DNA of 64,000 bases, from NCBI GenBank assembly GCA_964014485.1, contig CAXHAT010000010.1:5150-69149 (forward strand). The letters run 5' to 3'. The position numbers and the translations under genes were made by a program. Of this stretch, positions 1-10,500 are shown piece after piece. Position 1 is the stretch's first letter. Each line of letters opens with the position of its first letter. The notes under the pieces are model-generated. The model had not been told where the DNA came from. It saw only the letters and a program-made list of their open reading frames with translations, and did not search any database. The DNA comes from an uncultured Deferribacteres bacterium. GTDB lineage: Bacteria; Zhuqueibacterota; Zhuqueibacteria; Zhuqueibacterales; Geothermadaptataceae.

Positions 1-819
1 TTAGAAGACAGATCTGCAATATCCAAATTTGCTGATACAATTCGGAGAACCGCAGGATCAGCAGGTTTCTTATCGAACAAAGCATCCCTTGCCATAGATT
101 CAAGTTTTGTGCTTATTAAAAAAGTCCCTGTGGATAGTTCATTGCAAGATGATGAACTGGCTGAGCATATCGATTGGGAATTTAGTCAATCCATGATCTC
201 CCCCCCAGATCATTTCATTCGGGACTTTGAGCCTTTGCCGGCGGAAGGCGGAGCCAGTTACGAAAAACATGTTGTTTCAGTTGCTGTTCGCAAGGCGGTT
301 ATCGATTATCTCCGGGAAATTTTTGCTGAAACTGATTTTTTCCTGCAGGCTATCGATGTTGACGTTTTTGCTGCACAAAGAGTGATTACGGAAAGGCATG
401 ACTATACTCCCGATAAAAAAACGGCTTTGATCGATATCAGGCAAGAAAATCTCCAGTTTTCTGTTCTTTACAAAGGCTTCAATTTGGTTCAAGAGATCAG
501 TTATCCGGCGGACGAAGGACTTGAAGTCGGACACAACAAAGATGAACGGTTGGCGAGAGTCATCTCTAAGGAGCTGAGACGGATCATACTTGACAATAAG
601 CTTGGCAAAAACGTTGAGGATGTTGATAATATTTATATCTATGGCGATGATGTTGCGCCAACCATTCTTGACACTTTAGCTCAAGCGCATAATGTCGAGA
701 TGAAAATTCTCAATCCGTTTGAGCAAATCCCGTTAACCGATCAATCAACTGACTCTCAGATTTCGAGCCATCCTGAAGCGTTTGTGACTTCTTTGGGTGC
801 ATCAATAAAAGGATTTTAG
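1..819 (+). CDS. pilM: type IV pilus assembly protein PilM-like (actin-like ATPase fold), 5' end cut by window edge
   Basis: Frame +1 has no stop from nt 1 to the TAG at 817-819, so the gene starts upstream of the window. The call rests on overall resemblance to the PilM C-terminal half (IDIRQENLQFSVLYKG, IYIYGDD, SLGASIKGF terminus). Family resemblance only. Confidence 0.55.
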   Translation, partial: LEDRSAISKFADTIRRTAGSAGFLSNKASLAIDSSFVLIKKVPVDSSLQDDELAEHIDWEFSQSMISPPDHFIRDFEPLPAEGGASYEKHVVSVAVRKAVIDYLREIFAETDFFLQAIDVDVFAAQRVITERHDYTPDKKTALIDIRQENLQFSVLYKGFNLVQEISYPADEGLEVGHNKDERLARVISKELRRIILDNKLGKNVEDVDNIYIYGDDVAPTILDTLAQAHNVEMKILNPFEQIPLTDQSTDSQISSHPEAFVTSLGASIKGF

Positions 820-851
820 TATGTACGTAAAACAGCTCACGGAGGTGGAGC

Positions 852-1865
852 ATGGTTAACATTAACCTCAACCGAGACGACGACTACAGTAGAGAACAAA
901 ATTATACGGATGATAGTTTTTCCCAAACTCTGAACCTTGACAGCAAAGAATTTGCTGATGAGCGCGACGATTTTCGCTCAGAGATGCCGGAGTTTCCCTC
1001 AAGCTCTAACAGCAATACGCGAGTATACGCCGTTCTTGGCGTGCTGCTCGTTGTCGTACTTGTCATTATTGCGATGCTTTGGTCGAGCGGCGGCGATGAT
1101 TCTGATATTCCGCCTGATTTAAGAGGGTCGGAAGACGTCATTTCAGATTCCCCTGTCGATATAAATGAAGCCGGCGAAAGCCAAATGGATGACCCGGGAG
1201 CGATGATGGACGACGATCTTTCCAGCGGTTTTGATCTGGAAAGTCTGCCGCCCATCGAGCAAAAGATAAAGCTTTCAGCGGCTCTTGGTGCTGTTGCGGT
1301 TCAAGGCGTTAATGACGCAATGAGCAGTGACGTCGGCCTGTCGCTGGTACGATTTGTTGACAGCTCCTTTCTTGCAGAAATTAAGGCGGGTTCTTCCGCC
1401 GGTCTGGATAACGCCGTCGAAATGATTCGGCAAAATACACAGGCCTCTAATTTCCGCGTCGTGTCTCGTGAAAATGAAAACATCGCGGGAAGTACGATCA
1501 TTAAGGCGATAATTTCGGGCGATTTGGATCAAAACACTGCTCCGGTTGTTATTCGCGGCGGCGTGTCGCCAGTTGCCTTGTCAGATTTGACCTCTTGGCT
1601 AAAAAGCACAGCCGGCTCAAATCAATTGCGAGTCGAAAGGCTCAACGTTAGCAACCGTTCGTCAAATGTCGACGGCTACCAGAGCACGCCGGTGGAGTTG
1701 AACCTTCGCGGCTCCGTCTCAGATGCGCTGGGATTCCTCACGGCGGTTGAAGACGCTTCGCCCAATGTTTTGATAGACAAAATCTCTGTGATTAACAATG
1801 ACGTCAGCGTTTCAACTGGAAGCACTGTCAATCTGGTCGTTGTTATGAAACACATTAACATGTAG
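852..1865 (+). CDS. single-pass membrane protein, possible PilN/PilO-type pilus assembly component
   Basis: ATG at 852 is preceded by GGAGGTGGAG (841-850). The protein has an acidic N-terminus, one TM helix (VYAVLGVLLVVVLVIIAMLW) and a ~260-aa extracytoplasmic part. The functional guess comes from its position directly after pilM; I recognise no diagnostic motif. Confidence 0.45.
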   Translation: MVNINLNRDDDYSREQNYTDDSFSQTLNLDSKEFADERDDFRSEMPEFPSSSNSNTRVYAVLGVLLVVVLVIIAMLWSSGGDDSDIPPDLRGSEDVISDSPVDINEAGESQMDDPGAMMDDDLSSGFDLESLPPIEQKIKLSAALGAVAVQGVNDAMSSDVGLSLVRFVDSSFLAEIKAGSSAGLDNAVEMIRQNTQASNFRVVSRENENIAGSTIIKAIISGDLDQNTAPVVIRGGVSPVALSDLTSWLKSTAGSNQLRVERLNVSNRSSNVDGYQSTPVELNLRGSVSDALGFLTAVEDASPNVLIDKISVINNDVSVSTGSTVNLVVVMKHINM

Positions 1866-1887
1866 ATAAAACGGATGCACTCGCCCG

Positions 1888-2442
1888 ATGCGAGTAATCG
1901 CCGGAAGTGTAAAAGGGGCGCGGTTGCAATCGCCGCCTGGCGGAGCTTTGCGCCCTACTTCAGACAGAACAAAACAAATTCTTTTTGACACGCTCTTCTC
2001 TTACGCCTCCCTTCAAAATTCTTCGATTTTAGACTTGTTTGCCGGTAGCGGCTCATTGGGAATAGAAGCCCTTAGCCGCGGCGCCCGGAATGCAGTTTTC
2101 GTAGACAGCTCACGTAAAGCTCTTCAGTTCCTCCGAAAAAATCTGGAAAAGACGCATTTTACCAAACAAAGCCGAATTTTTAACGCCGATGCTGTTGCAT
2201 TTCTGATGAAAAAACGCGATAATCACGGCTTTGATTTTGTATTCGCTGATCCTCCGTACGAACAAGGATTTGCGCAAAAGGTAGTCACGGAAGCAGGTTG
2301 TACCGAATTGTTGAGGTTGGGCGGTCTGCTTGTGCTAGAAGAATCGTTCAGAACCAGCTTTGAACTGCCGGAAAGCTTGGCATTGATCAACGAAAAAAAA
2401 TGCGGCGATACTCGGCTTTTTTTCATTTCAAGGGAGGCGTAG
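1888..2442 (+). CDS. rsmD: 16S rRNA (guanine966-N2)-methyltransferase RsmD
   Basis: Carries the RsmD hallmarks: N-terminal MRVIAGSVKGARL..P....RPTSDR, SAM motif DLFAGSGSLGIEALSRGA and catalytic ADPPY. Sits in the conserved rsmD-coaD pairing. Confidence 0.85.
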   Translation: MRVIAGSVKGARLQSPPGGALRPTSDRTKQILFDTLFSYASLQNSSILDLFAGSGSLGIEALSRGARNAVFVDSSRKALQFLRKNLEKTHFTKQSRIFNADAVAFLMKKRDNHGFDFVFADPPYEQGFAQKVVTEAGCTELLRLGGLLVLEESFRTSFELPESLALINEKKCGDTRLFFISREA

Positions 2443-2445
2443 CAT

Positions 2446-2925
2446 ATGGGAAGAACGGCCGTCTATCCTGGAACATTCGACCCCATCACGAATGGACATC
2501 TTGACGTCATTGATCGCGCTCGGCGATTATTTGACAGAGTGATCGTCGCCGTTTCAACAAATTCATCCAAGACGCCGCTTTTTACGATCGACGAACGAAT
2601 CGAACTTATTCAAAATGCTTTGGGCGACTCTGACGGCGTCGCCGTGACACATTTTGAAGGGCTGCTAGTTGACTATGTCAGGAAAGCCGGTGCGGATGCT
2701 TTGGTTCGAGGGCTGCGTGCGATTTCAGATTTTGAATACGAGTTTCAAATGGCTTTGATGAATCGCAAGATTGGGAACGGAGTCACCACGGTTTTTCTTA
2801 TGCCGCACGAGAACTACACATATTTGAATTCAACAATTGTTAAGGAAATAGCCCGTTTTGGCGGTGATATTGACAGCTTTGTCGCACCGAACGTCGCCGA
2901 AGCCTTAAAAGAAAAGTTGAAGTAA
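2446..2925 (+). CDS. coaD: phosphopantetheine adenylyltransferase
   Basis: Has the [21 protein letters not shown] (T/HxGH) nucleotidyltransferase motif. The 159-aa size is typical of CoaD. Confidence 0.9.
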   Translation: MGRTAVYPGTFDPITNGHLDVIDRARRLFDRVIVAVSTNSSKTPLFTIDERIELIQNALGDSDGVAVTHFEGLLVDYVRKAGADALVRGLRAISDFEYEFQMALMNRKIGNGVTTVFLMPHENYTYLNSTIVKEIARFGGDIDSFVAPNVAEALKEKLK

Positions 2926-2927
2926 CT

Positions 2928-3908
2928 ATGAAAATTCTCGAAAAAATACGAGAGGGCGCACGACAGCAGCCTCGAAAGATAATTTTCCCGGAGACTGACG
3001 ACGACAGAGTGCTTCACGCGGCCTCTTTTCTGTTGGAAGAAAAATTCGCCAAAGTCGTTTTCGTTGGAGATAGAGACGAAATACTCGGGCGGGCAAGAGA
3101 GCTTCCCGCCGATTCGGATGACGTCGAGTTTCTTGACCAGAAGAATGATGACCTTCGCTCCGAATTTTCGCGAGCATATTTTTCGACCAGCAAAAAAAGA
3201 AAAGACATCCCTTTTTCAGAAGCTGAAGAAACAATGTCGGACCCCGTCTGTTTTGCTGCTATGGCGGTAAGGATGGGGGTGGCGGACGGCATGGTTGCAG
3301 GGTCAGTCGCCCCAACTGTTAAAGTGATTCGTGCCGGGTTGAAAACGATTGGCGTTGCTGAAGGCTGTTCGACCGTTTCAAGCGCCTTTTTAATGGTCTC
3401 TGCGCAATTGCGAAAAACACTGACTTTTGCTGATTGCGCTGTGGTTCCTGAACCGAATGCGTCGCAACTTGCGGATATTGCGATTGCAGCGGCCAAAACG
3501 CATGAGCGACTCACGAAAGAAAGACCTCGAGTCGCTTTGCTTTCATTCTCGACCAAAGGCAGCGCCGAACATGAGAGCGTTGACAAAGTGCGGGAAGCGC
3601 TGGCCCTTGCTTTGGAACGCGATCCGGCGATTGAATTTGACGGAGAATTACAAGTTGACGCGGCGATTGTCGAAGAAATCGCGGACCGAAAAGCGCCCGA
3701 AAGTTCCGTCGCCGGAAAAGCAAACGTACTTGTTTTTCCATCATTGGATAGTGGGAATATCGCGTATAAACTTACCGAGCGGCTCGCGGATTTCCAGGCA
3801 ATCGGACCCATTTTGCAGGGTCTCCGAAAACCCGTAAACGACCTCTCTCGCGGCTGCAGTGTTGACGATATTGTCGATGTCGCATGTATAACTTCAGCCA
3901 TGAGCTAA
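2928..3908 (+). CDS. pta: phosphate acetyltransferase (short form)
   Basis: 326 aa. Matches the phosphate acetyl/butyryltransferase family pattern: IIFPE.DD.RVL.AA N-terminus, [25 protein letters not shown]. Confidence 0.8.
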   Translation: MKILEKIREGARQQPRKIIFPETDDDRVLHAASFLLEEKFAKVVFVGDRDEILGRARELPADSDDVEFLDQKNDDLRSEFSRAYFSTSKKRKDIPFSEAEETMSDPVCFAAMAVRMGVADGMVAGSVAPTVKVIRAGLKTIGVAEGCSTVSSAFLMVSAQLRKTLTFADCAVVPEPNASQLADIAIAAAKTHERLTKERPRVALLSFSTKGSAEHESVDKVREALALALERDPAIEFDGELQVDAAIVEEIADRKAPESSVAGKANVLVFPSLDSGNIAYKLTERLADFQAIGPILQGLRKPVNDLSRGCSVDDIVDVACITSAMS

Positions 3909-3929
3909 AACCAACAAAAGGAGCCTTTC

Positions 3930-5165
3930 TTGGCTAACAAAACTGCTTTAGGGAAAACCTCAAATTCACCGCTGGGATTGTCGCAATTTTCTCAGCAAAT
4001 CCAAGGGTCGCCTACGCTCGCATTGACGACATTGGTGACTGAATTGCGGAGACAAGGTCGTCAGATTATAGACTTAGGCGCAGGCGAACCTGATTTTCCA
4101 ACGCCGTCGGCCGTTTGCCAAGCTGGAGTTGCGGCAATTAACGACGGTTTCACAAAATATACGCCGAATGCAGGCACATATGATTTGAGGGAAGCGATCG
4201 CCAACCAGGCCAATGCGTCGGGCGGCAATTATTCGCCGGAAAATGTTTTGGTATGCAACGGCGCAAAACATGCGATTTATAACGCTTTGCTTACTGTTTG
4301 CGATCCCGGCGACGAAGTCATCATCCCGTCGCCCTATTGGACGAGTTATCCTGAACAAGTAAAATTGGCAAGAGCGAAGCCCGTTTTGTTGGAAGGGAAG
4401 GAAGAAAACGGTTTCAAAATTACGGCTGATGCGCTCGAAGACGCCATTTCAGAAAAAACAAAATTACTGATTCTAAACAGCCCCAATAACCCGACCGGTA
4501 CGGTTTATACCAAGACGGAATTGGATGAAATTGTTACGGTTATCGCCAAAAAGAACATTTATGTGTTGAGCGACGAGATTTATTCTCTGCTCGTTTTTAA
4601 CGACGTAGAAACAACTTCCCTGGCGGCTTTTCCGGCGATCAGCGATCAACTGCTGCTTGTAAACGGACTCTCCAAGAGCCACGCAATGACCGGCTGGCGA
4701 ATCGGTTACCTCGTTGCGCGAAAAGAGATTGTAAAGGCTGCTGCGAAGATGCAAAGTCATGCCACTTCTAACATTTCTTCAATTACGCAAGCCGCCGGCT
4801 TGGAAGCCTTGCGAAAAACTTTGCCCGAGTTGAACGACATGAAAAACGAATTCGATCAACGTCGAAAATATGTTGTTGGGCGCGTGCAAAATTTGAACGG
4901 TTTTGAATTGCCCAAGCCGCCGGAAGGCGCCTTTTATGTTTTTCCTAATGTGAAGTCCGTTTTGGGGGGGAGTGTGTCTGGCACGAAAATCGCGTCTCCA
5001 TCAGATTTAGCCGCTTTTTTCCTCGAGTCTGCCAATGTGGCGACAGTGCCCGGAGAAGCTTTTGGCAGTAATGAGCATATTCGAATTTCCTACACGAATT
5101 CGATGGAAAACTTGGAGCAAGGGCTAAACAAAATTGCAGAAAGTCTGGAATCGATTGAACAATAA
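3930..5165 (+). CDS. class I/II PLP-dependent aminotransferase (aspartate aminotransferase-like)
   Basis: TTG start per the ORF track. Contains SPNNPTG and SKSHAMTGWRIGY (PLP-lysine motif). Confidence 0.8.
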   Translation: MANKTALGKTSNSPLGLSQFSQQIQGSPTLALTTLVTELRRQGRQIIDLGAGEPDFPTPSAVCQAGVAAINDGFTKYTPNAGTYDLREAIANQANASGGNYSPENVLVCNGAKHAIYNALLTVCDPGDEVIIPSPYWTSYPEQVKLARAKPVLLEGKEENGFKITADALEDAISEKTKLLILNSPNNPTGTVYTKTELDEIVTVIAKKNIYVLSDEIYSLLVFNDVETTSLAAFPAISDQLLLVNGLSKSHAMTGWRIGYLVARKEIVKAAAKMQSHATSNISSITQAAGLEALRKTLPELNDMKNEFDQRRKYVVGRVQNLNGFELPKPPEGAFYVFPNVKSVLGGSVSGTKIASPSDLAAFFLESANVATVPGEAFGSNEHIRISYTNSMENLEQGLNKIAESLESIEQ

Positions 5166-5190
5166 GTAGAGAAATTTCTGGAGGTAGACA

Positions 5191-5475
5191 ATGCCGACTT
5201 ACGATTATAAATGCGAAGAATGCGACCACCTTTTCGAGGCATTCCAAAGCATGTCTGCTGAACCGCTGAAAGATTGCCCAAAATGTGAAGGTGCGGTCAA
5301 ACGCATGATCCATGGCGGCACAGGGCTCATTTTTAAGGGTTCAGGATTTTATTTGACGGACTACAAGAATAAGACCCAAAGCGGCGGCAAGAAAGCGTCC
5401 GGCGGGGACGGTTCCGAGAAAAAGCCGGAAACGAAGAAAACGGAAGACAAAGCAAAAAAAAGCAGCGGCAAATAG
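5191..5475 (+). CDS. FmdB-family zinc-ribbon protein with Lys/Gly-rich tail
   Basis: MPTYDYKCEECDHLFE....CPKCEG is the canonical CxxC...CxxC putative regulatory zinc ribbon. GGAGG lies upstream at 5181-5185. Confidence 0.8.
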   Translation: MPTYDYKCEECDHLFEAFQSMSAEPLKDCPKCEGAVKRMIHGGTGLIFKGSGFYLTDYKNKTQSGGKKASGGDGSEKKPETKKTEDKAKKSSGK

Positions 5476-5582
5476 ACAAAGTTCTCTTTCCAGGCGCTGC
5501 AGAAGATTTGATTCTAATCTCCTTTCTGTGCAGCGCTTACGCCGTTTCTGCAATGGATTTATAGCACCATCGGAGTATCAAC

Positions 5583-6701
5583 ATGCAGAAAAAAGCCCTC
5601 TCTAGCGAAATCCTGTTCGGAGATCGCTCTATTCTCATCAAAACATCCCCATCTTCTGACAACAAGGCGAGCATCTCGTCTCAGGTTTTTTCCAAAGACC
5701 GGTTGACCGATGAGCGCGTGCTAAAAATCGCCGACGAGCTTGACGAAAAGCAGCTTGAGCAACGTGTTCAAATCGCTCACGATGAAATCGTCTCTGAATT
5801 CAAGCTATGGGCGGAAATCAGCGAAAAAGTCCGCCAAGTCGGTCATGCAACGTCATGTTATAAAACAGGCGTCGTGCTGCTTGAAAAAGGCTTTTTTGAA
5901 GAAGCGGCCGCGTTTCTGGAGCTGACTGTATCACTGGATTCTGAAATGGCGGAAGCTTTCCACGGGTTAGGCGCCGCACACGCAGCTTTGGGGCAATATG
6001 ATCACGCAGAAAAAGCATATCAAGCTGGGCTCGCGTTGGCTCCAGGTTACGCGGATTTGATCGTCCGGTACGCGGCAATGTTGGCAAAGAACGGGCAGAT
6101 CGACAAAGCGCTGGAACTTTTAAATTTGAAATTAGAAAACGATCAGGGAAGCGCTGTTCTTCACTATTTTTTAGCTGTCGTTTTGCTGCGACGAATCGCC
6201 TCCGCAACTGGGGACTTGAAGGAGAGTGATCTTCAGGAAATTCATCGGCACTTCGAGCAAGCTTCACGAGCCAACGGCGCATTATTTAACGAACAATCCG
6301 CCAAAGCCGCTGAGAAGCTTGAGAAAAAAGAATTTGAAGAAGCGGCGGATATCTATGAAAAAGCCTGCACTAACATGAACGGGTTATGGGATGCGACTAT
6401 CGATCATGAATTTTATTTGAAATTCATGTACGGCGGGATGGGGAAAGACAACGGTTTTGTTGAACAATACATCGGACGGCTCAAGAACGCTTCCGCCGAA
6501 GCGCCGGATTATGCCGACGTTCATAACAATCTTGGCGTTGCCTACTTGATCATGTGTCGAAACCTGTTTCTGCAAGCTTTGGAAGAGTTTAGCGCGGCGC
6601 TTGAAATAAACCCGGAATTCAAACGGGCGGCGAAAAACCTGAAACTCTCGGAAAACGACGGGAAAGGCTTTTTAATATTGCTGCGAGCGCTTTTGAAATA
6701 G
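5583..6701 (+). CDS. TPR repeat protein
   Basis: Shows repeated A..Y..AL...P TPR signatures, for example AEAFHGLGAAHAALGQYDHAEKAYQAGLALAP and ALEEFSAALEINPEF. Confidence 0.7.
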   Translation: MQKKALSSEILFGDRSILIKTSPSSDNKASISSQVFSKDRLTDERVLKIADELDEKQLEQRVQIAHDEIVSEFKLWAEISEKVRQVGHATSCYKTGVVLLEKGFFEEAAAFLELTVSLDSEMAEAFHGLGAAHAALGQYDHAEKAYQAGLALAPGYADLIVRYAAMLAKNGQIDKALELLNLKLENDQGSAVLHYFLAVVLLRRIASATGDLKESDLQEIHRHFEQASRANGALFNEQSAKAAEKLEKKEFEEAADIYEKACTNMNGLWDATIDHEFYLKFMYGGMGKDNGFVEQYIGRLKNASAEAPDYADVHNNLGVAYLIMCRNLFLQALEEFSAALEINPEFKRAAKNLKLSENDGKGFLILLRALLK

Positions 6702-7079
6702 TGTTTGACGATAAAACACTTCGTGGACAAGGTGACACATTTTTGAAAGATAATGACAGTTTGTTTACAGAACAATTCGCGCTTAGGAAACGATCTCACA
6801 TTTTACGTTTCATTTCGGCATATAACGAGATTTCGATCAAAAATGAGACTTGAGAGCGGAAGGAGTGAGGTTTAACTTCAGAAAAAAGCCGGCGAAATGG
6901 GGGAGTGAAAGCAGAAAACAGCTCGGAAAATGGGCTGATTCTTTTTTAGCTTTTACGGCGCTACGCAAACCCCGCCCATTGGTATGTATTTTGCGTTTAA
7001 GCCAATGTGAAAAAAATGACGCGGAATATGCAAAATTCCGCTGAATCGCACCATTTGCACTGCACCAGGAGGCCCCTTC

Positions 7080-7526
7080 ATGACATCCGTTCGAAAATTT
7101 GCGATTATCGCTTCCTGCCTGATTTTGACAAGCGCCCTGCAAGCGCGCGAAAACCAGATAAGCCTGGAAATTTTGCGACCTGAGCCGGGCAAAAAATCTC
7201 TCCTGAAACTCAAACTCAACCTGGAAAACGATCTCGGGAAAAGAGCTTCTTTCAACTTGGCATTTCCCGAAAAGTACGACCTGTCAAGCATGAAGATCGC
7301 CGGGTCTAAAAATTTAAAGGGCGGTTTTCAACTTTCCAAATCAGGTCAAAACATATCCATCGTGAGAAAAGGCGGGGGCGCGGCGGCGATTGCCGGAAGC
7401 GATGTTGAAATCATTTTTGGAACGATTACCGTCCCTGGCGAAAACGCGCCGAAGTCCGTCGAAATCACGATTGAATTCAACAGCGAATCGCAAAAGTCAC
7501 ACAAAGAAACGCTTACAATACAGTAA
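7080..7526 (+). CDS. small secreted protein, paralogous to the N-terminal domain of the adjacent giant surface protein
   Basis: AGGAGG at 7066-7071 precedes the ATG at 7080. Signal peptide is MTSVRKFAIIASCLILTSALQA. Residues ~56-135 align by eye at roughly one third identity with aa ~68-145 of the 7548-15155 product (FN.AFP..YDLS...GG......GQ.ISI.R.G.G..IAG..V.I..GTI..P......ITI). Confidence 0.6.
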   Translation: MTSVRKFAIIASCLILTSALQARENQISLEILRPEPGKKSLLKLKLNLENDLGKRASFNLAFPEKYDLSSMKIAGSKNLKGGFQLSKSGQNISIVRKGGGAAAIAGSDVEIIFGTITVPGENAPKSVEITIEFNSESQKSHKETLTIQ

Positions 7527-7547
7527 CATCAGCGCCGGACAGACAAC

Positions 7548-10500
7548 ATGATCAGGACGATTTGGCAACATAGCGCTAAGGAATGGCTCGTTAAACTGCT
7601 TTTGGGAGCAAGCGTCGGCTTGTTCGCGACAACGATTTACGCACGCGGTCTGGATGATATTAACGTGACTCCGGATGATCCGCGCGCAGGCGAGAACGAC
7701 CTCTATTTCATCAGTTTTCATTCCGATTCATACACCATCACCCCGACGGATTCTTTCAATTTTGTGTTTCCTGATGGGTTTGATCTCTCCACAGCCGTGG
7801 TTGTTGACGCCAATGACGCCGTTGACGGCGGTCTTGGATTTATCAAAGTCGGGCAACGAATTTCCGTATTTCGCGACGGTACAGGCTCGCCGATTTCAGC
7901 GGGAACAACCGTGCTCATCGCGCTTGGGACAATTGGAAATCCGCAGCGCGCGGATCCGTATACAATTACAATTTCTGTCAGCGACGCCGGAGGGACGGTT
8001 CACGAAGGGCCTTCGATCTCAAATGTTTTTAATATTGGCGCCGCGGACCTTGATCATTTTGCAATAGTCGCGACGGATGACGGCGTCATTCCCGACCAGA
8101 CAGCCGGTGCAAGCTTCGACGTAAAAATCATCGCGCAGGATTTGTTCGATAATACAGTCACAAGCTTTGTTGGTACAGCGGCGCTCAGCGATCCATCAGG
8201 CACGATTTCTCCAACGACGACGACGGCTTTCACGGGTGGCGTCTTGACTCCGTTTTCCGTCAGTATCACGGAATCGCAGGCCGCCGCGACGATTACGGCG
8301 ACCGGCGGCGGAGAAGCCGGCGTCTCAAACACTTTTGCGATCAATCCCGGTAACGTTGCAAGTTTTTCCTTTTCAGAAATCATCGGCCCAAAAGCCTCAG
8401 GCGTAGGTTTCGACGTTTCAATCTCCGCACTGGACGCTTTTGGAAATGTAGCGACCGGCTTTTCGGGAACCGCAAATTTAACGGACGATACGGGCACGAT
8501 AACCCCGGCGGTCAGCGCTGCGTTTACGGCGGGCGTTTTGGGGACGCAAACGGTGACGATTTCTCAAGCGCAAGACGACGTGACCATCACGGCGGAAAAC
8601 GGTGGGAACAGCGGACAGTCCAATGCTTTCGATGTTGAGCACGGCGCCTTGAGTCAATACCAAGTCTCAACGATTTCGAGTCCGCAAGCTGTCGGCGTGC
8701 CTTTTGAAATCATCATCACGGCTCAGGACGCGAACGGAAACACCGTTGAGAATTTCAACGGAACGGTGACGATGGCCCCGAGCGCGGGTACGATGACTCC
8801 GACGGCCAGCGGCAGTTTTATCAACGGCGTTCGAGCGCAGCAAGTGACGGTTTTCGCCGCGCAAAGCGGGCTGACGATTTCCGTTGATGACGGCGCTAAC
8901 ATCGGCGTTTCGAACGGCTTTGACGTAACCGCCGGGCCGCACGCAACTTTTGCCGTAACGAATTTGAGCGGGGGGAATATTGGCACGCAGCAAGCTGGGC
9001 AGGCTTTTAATATTCGTATCGAAGCCCAGGACGATTTCGGCAACGTCGTCGCGGGTTTTAACGGCGTGGCTTCGCTTTCCATACCAACGGGCGTGATTTC
9101 GCCTTCGACGACCAGCAATTTCACCAACGGCGTTTTGGCGGCGCAAGCCGTATCCATCAGTCAATCGCAAACGGGCGCGACAATTACGGCCAGCGACAAT
9201 GGGATTTCCGGCAGTTCGAATCCTTTCGATGTTGCGGTCGGCAATCTGTTTCGCGTGCTGGTGCGGGATCAGCCGGGCGGCGCCGGCAATGAAATTTCTC
9301 CAATGACTTTGACGGCGGACGACGAACTGACGGTTTTTGCGGCGGGTTACGACACCGGCGACAATTTTGTCGGCGACCAAAACGTGACTTGGGTGCTCGA
9401 CGGCTTGAACGGTGAATCAAATTCCGGTTCGGGAACTTCTTTTACTTTTAGACCGACGACGGCGAACGCCAACGGGACAACCACCGGAACCATTCGCGCG
9501 GATCACCCCACGGCGGTGGACGGGCAAACTGGAACGCTGACAATTTTGCCGGGGCTTGCGGCCAGTTCTCTCACATTGACCCCGTCTGCGACTTCGCTCC
9601 CCGCCGACGGCCAGAGTTTATCCATTATTTCTTCAAACCCGGTGCTGGACAGCGACGGCAATCCCGTGGGCGCAGGTAGACAGTTTACCGTCAACGTGCT
9701 GCCTGACGAAACCGCCGGGTCGATCATTTCAGCGGACGTCAATCCGTCATTGCCGGGAAAACAGGTGCAAACGGACGCCTCGAGTTTGCTTAGCATGACA
9801 TTTCAGGCAAGCACGACTGGAGGAAACGCGCTCATTTCGGCGAACGCCGTCGGCGCTTTTTCAACCGGCCAGACGACGATCAATGTCGGCAGCATCGATT
9901 TGCTCGACATAACCGCGCCTTTGAAAGTTTCACGCGGACAAAACGGCGCCATCGTCAATATGTCGGTGCGTAACATCGGGGCTTCCGAATTTATCGTAGG
10001 CAGCGCGGACGTCGATTTCTCCATTGACGGCAACGATGAGAGCGCGAATTATACGGAAACGCGCGTGGACGGGATAACGACCATTCCAGGCGGTCAAACC
10101 AAAGTCTTGCAATTCAGCGTCAACGTCAGCAATCAGGCGACGCTTGACACTGTCCTGATCGACGGCGCCGTCAGCGGCACAATTAACGGCAATCCGGTTT
10201 CTGACAATGTGGTGCAAACCACCGCTGAGTGGATTGTTCAGCAATCGGCTTCGGCAAATTTAATTACCGTCGTCGCCCCGGCCGCGGCCTCACAAGGGCA
10301 GGGCGGGCTGGAAATATCAGTGACCGCGCGCAACAACTTGGGCATTTCCCGCAGTGCGGATTTTTTGGTGGACGACGTTGATCTCACATTTCGCAACGGC
10401 GGCAACGACGTCACCTTGCAGTACAGCGTTTCACCGCGCCTGACCAATCCGGATACGATCAAAGGCAATTCCGAAGCGACGTTTTTCTTCGACGTTGGCG

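Noticed and set aside
3014-3901. 295-aa minus-strand ORF covering almost all of pta
   Set aside because: It is antisense to a well-supported gene. Its Ser/Ala-rich, low-complexity translation is typical of a shadow ORF in GC-balanced coding DNA, and it has no recognisable motif.
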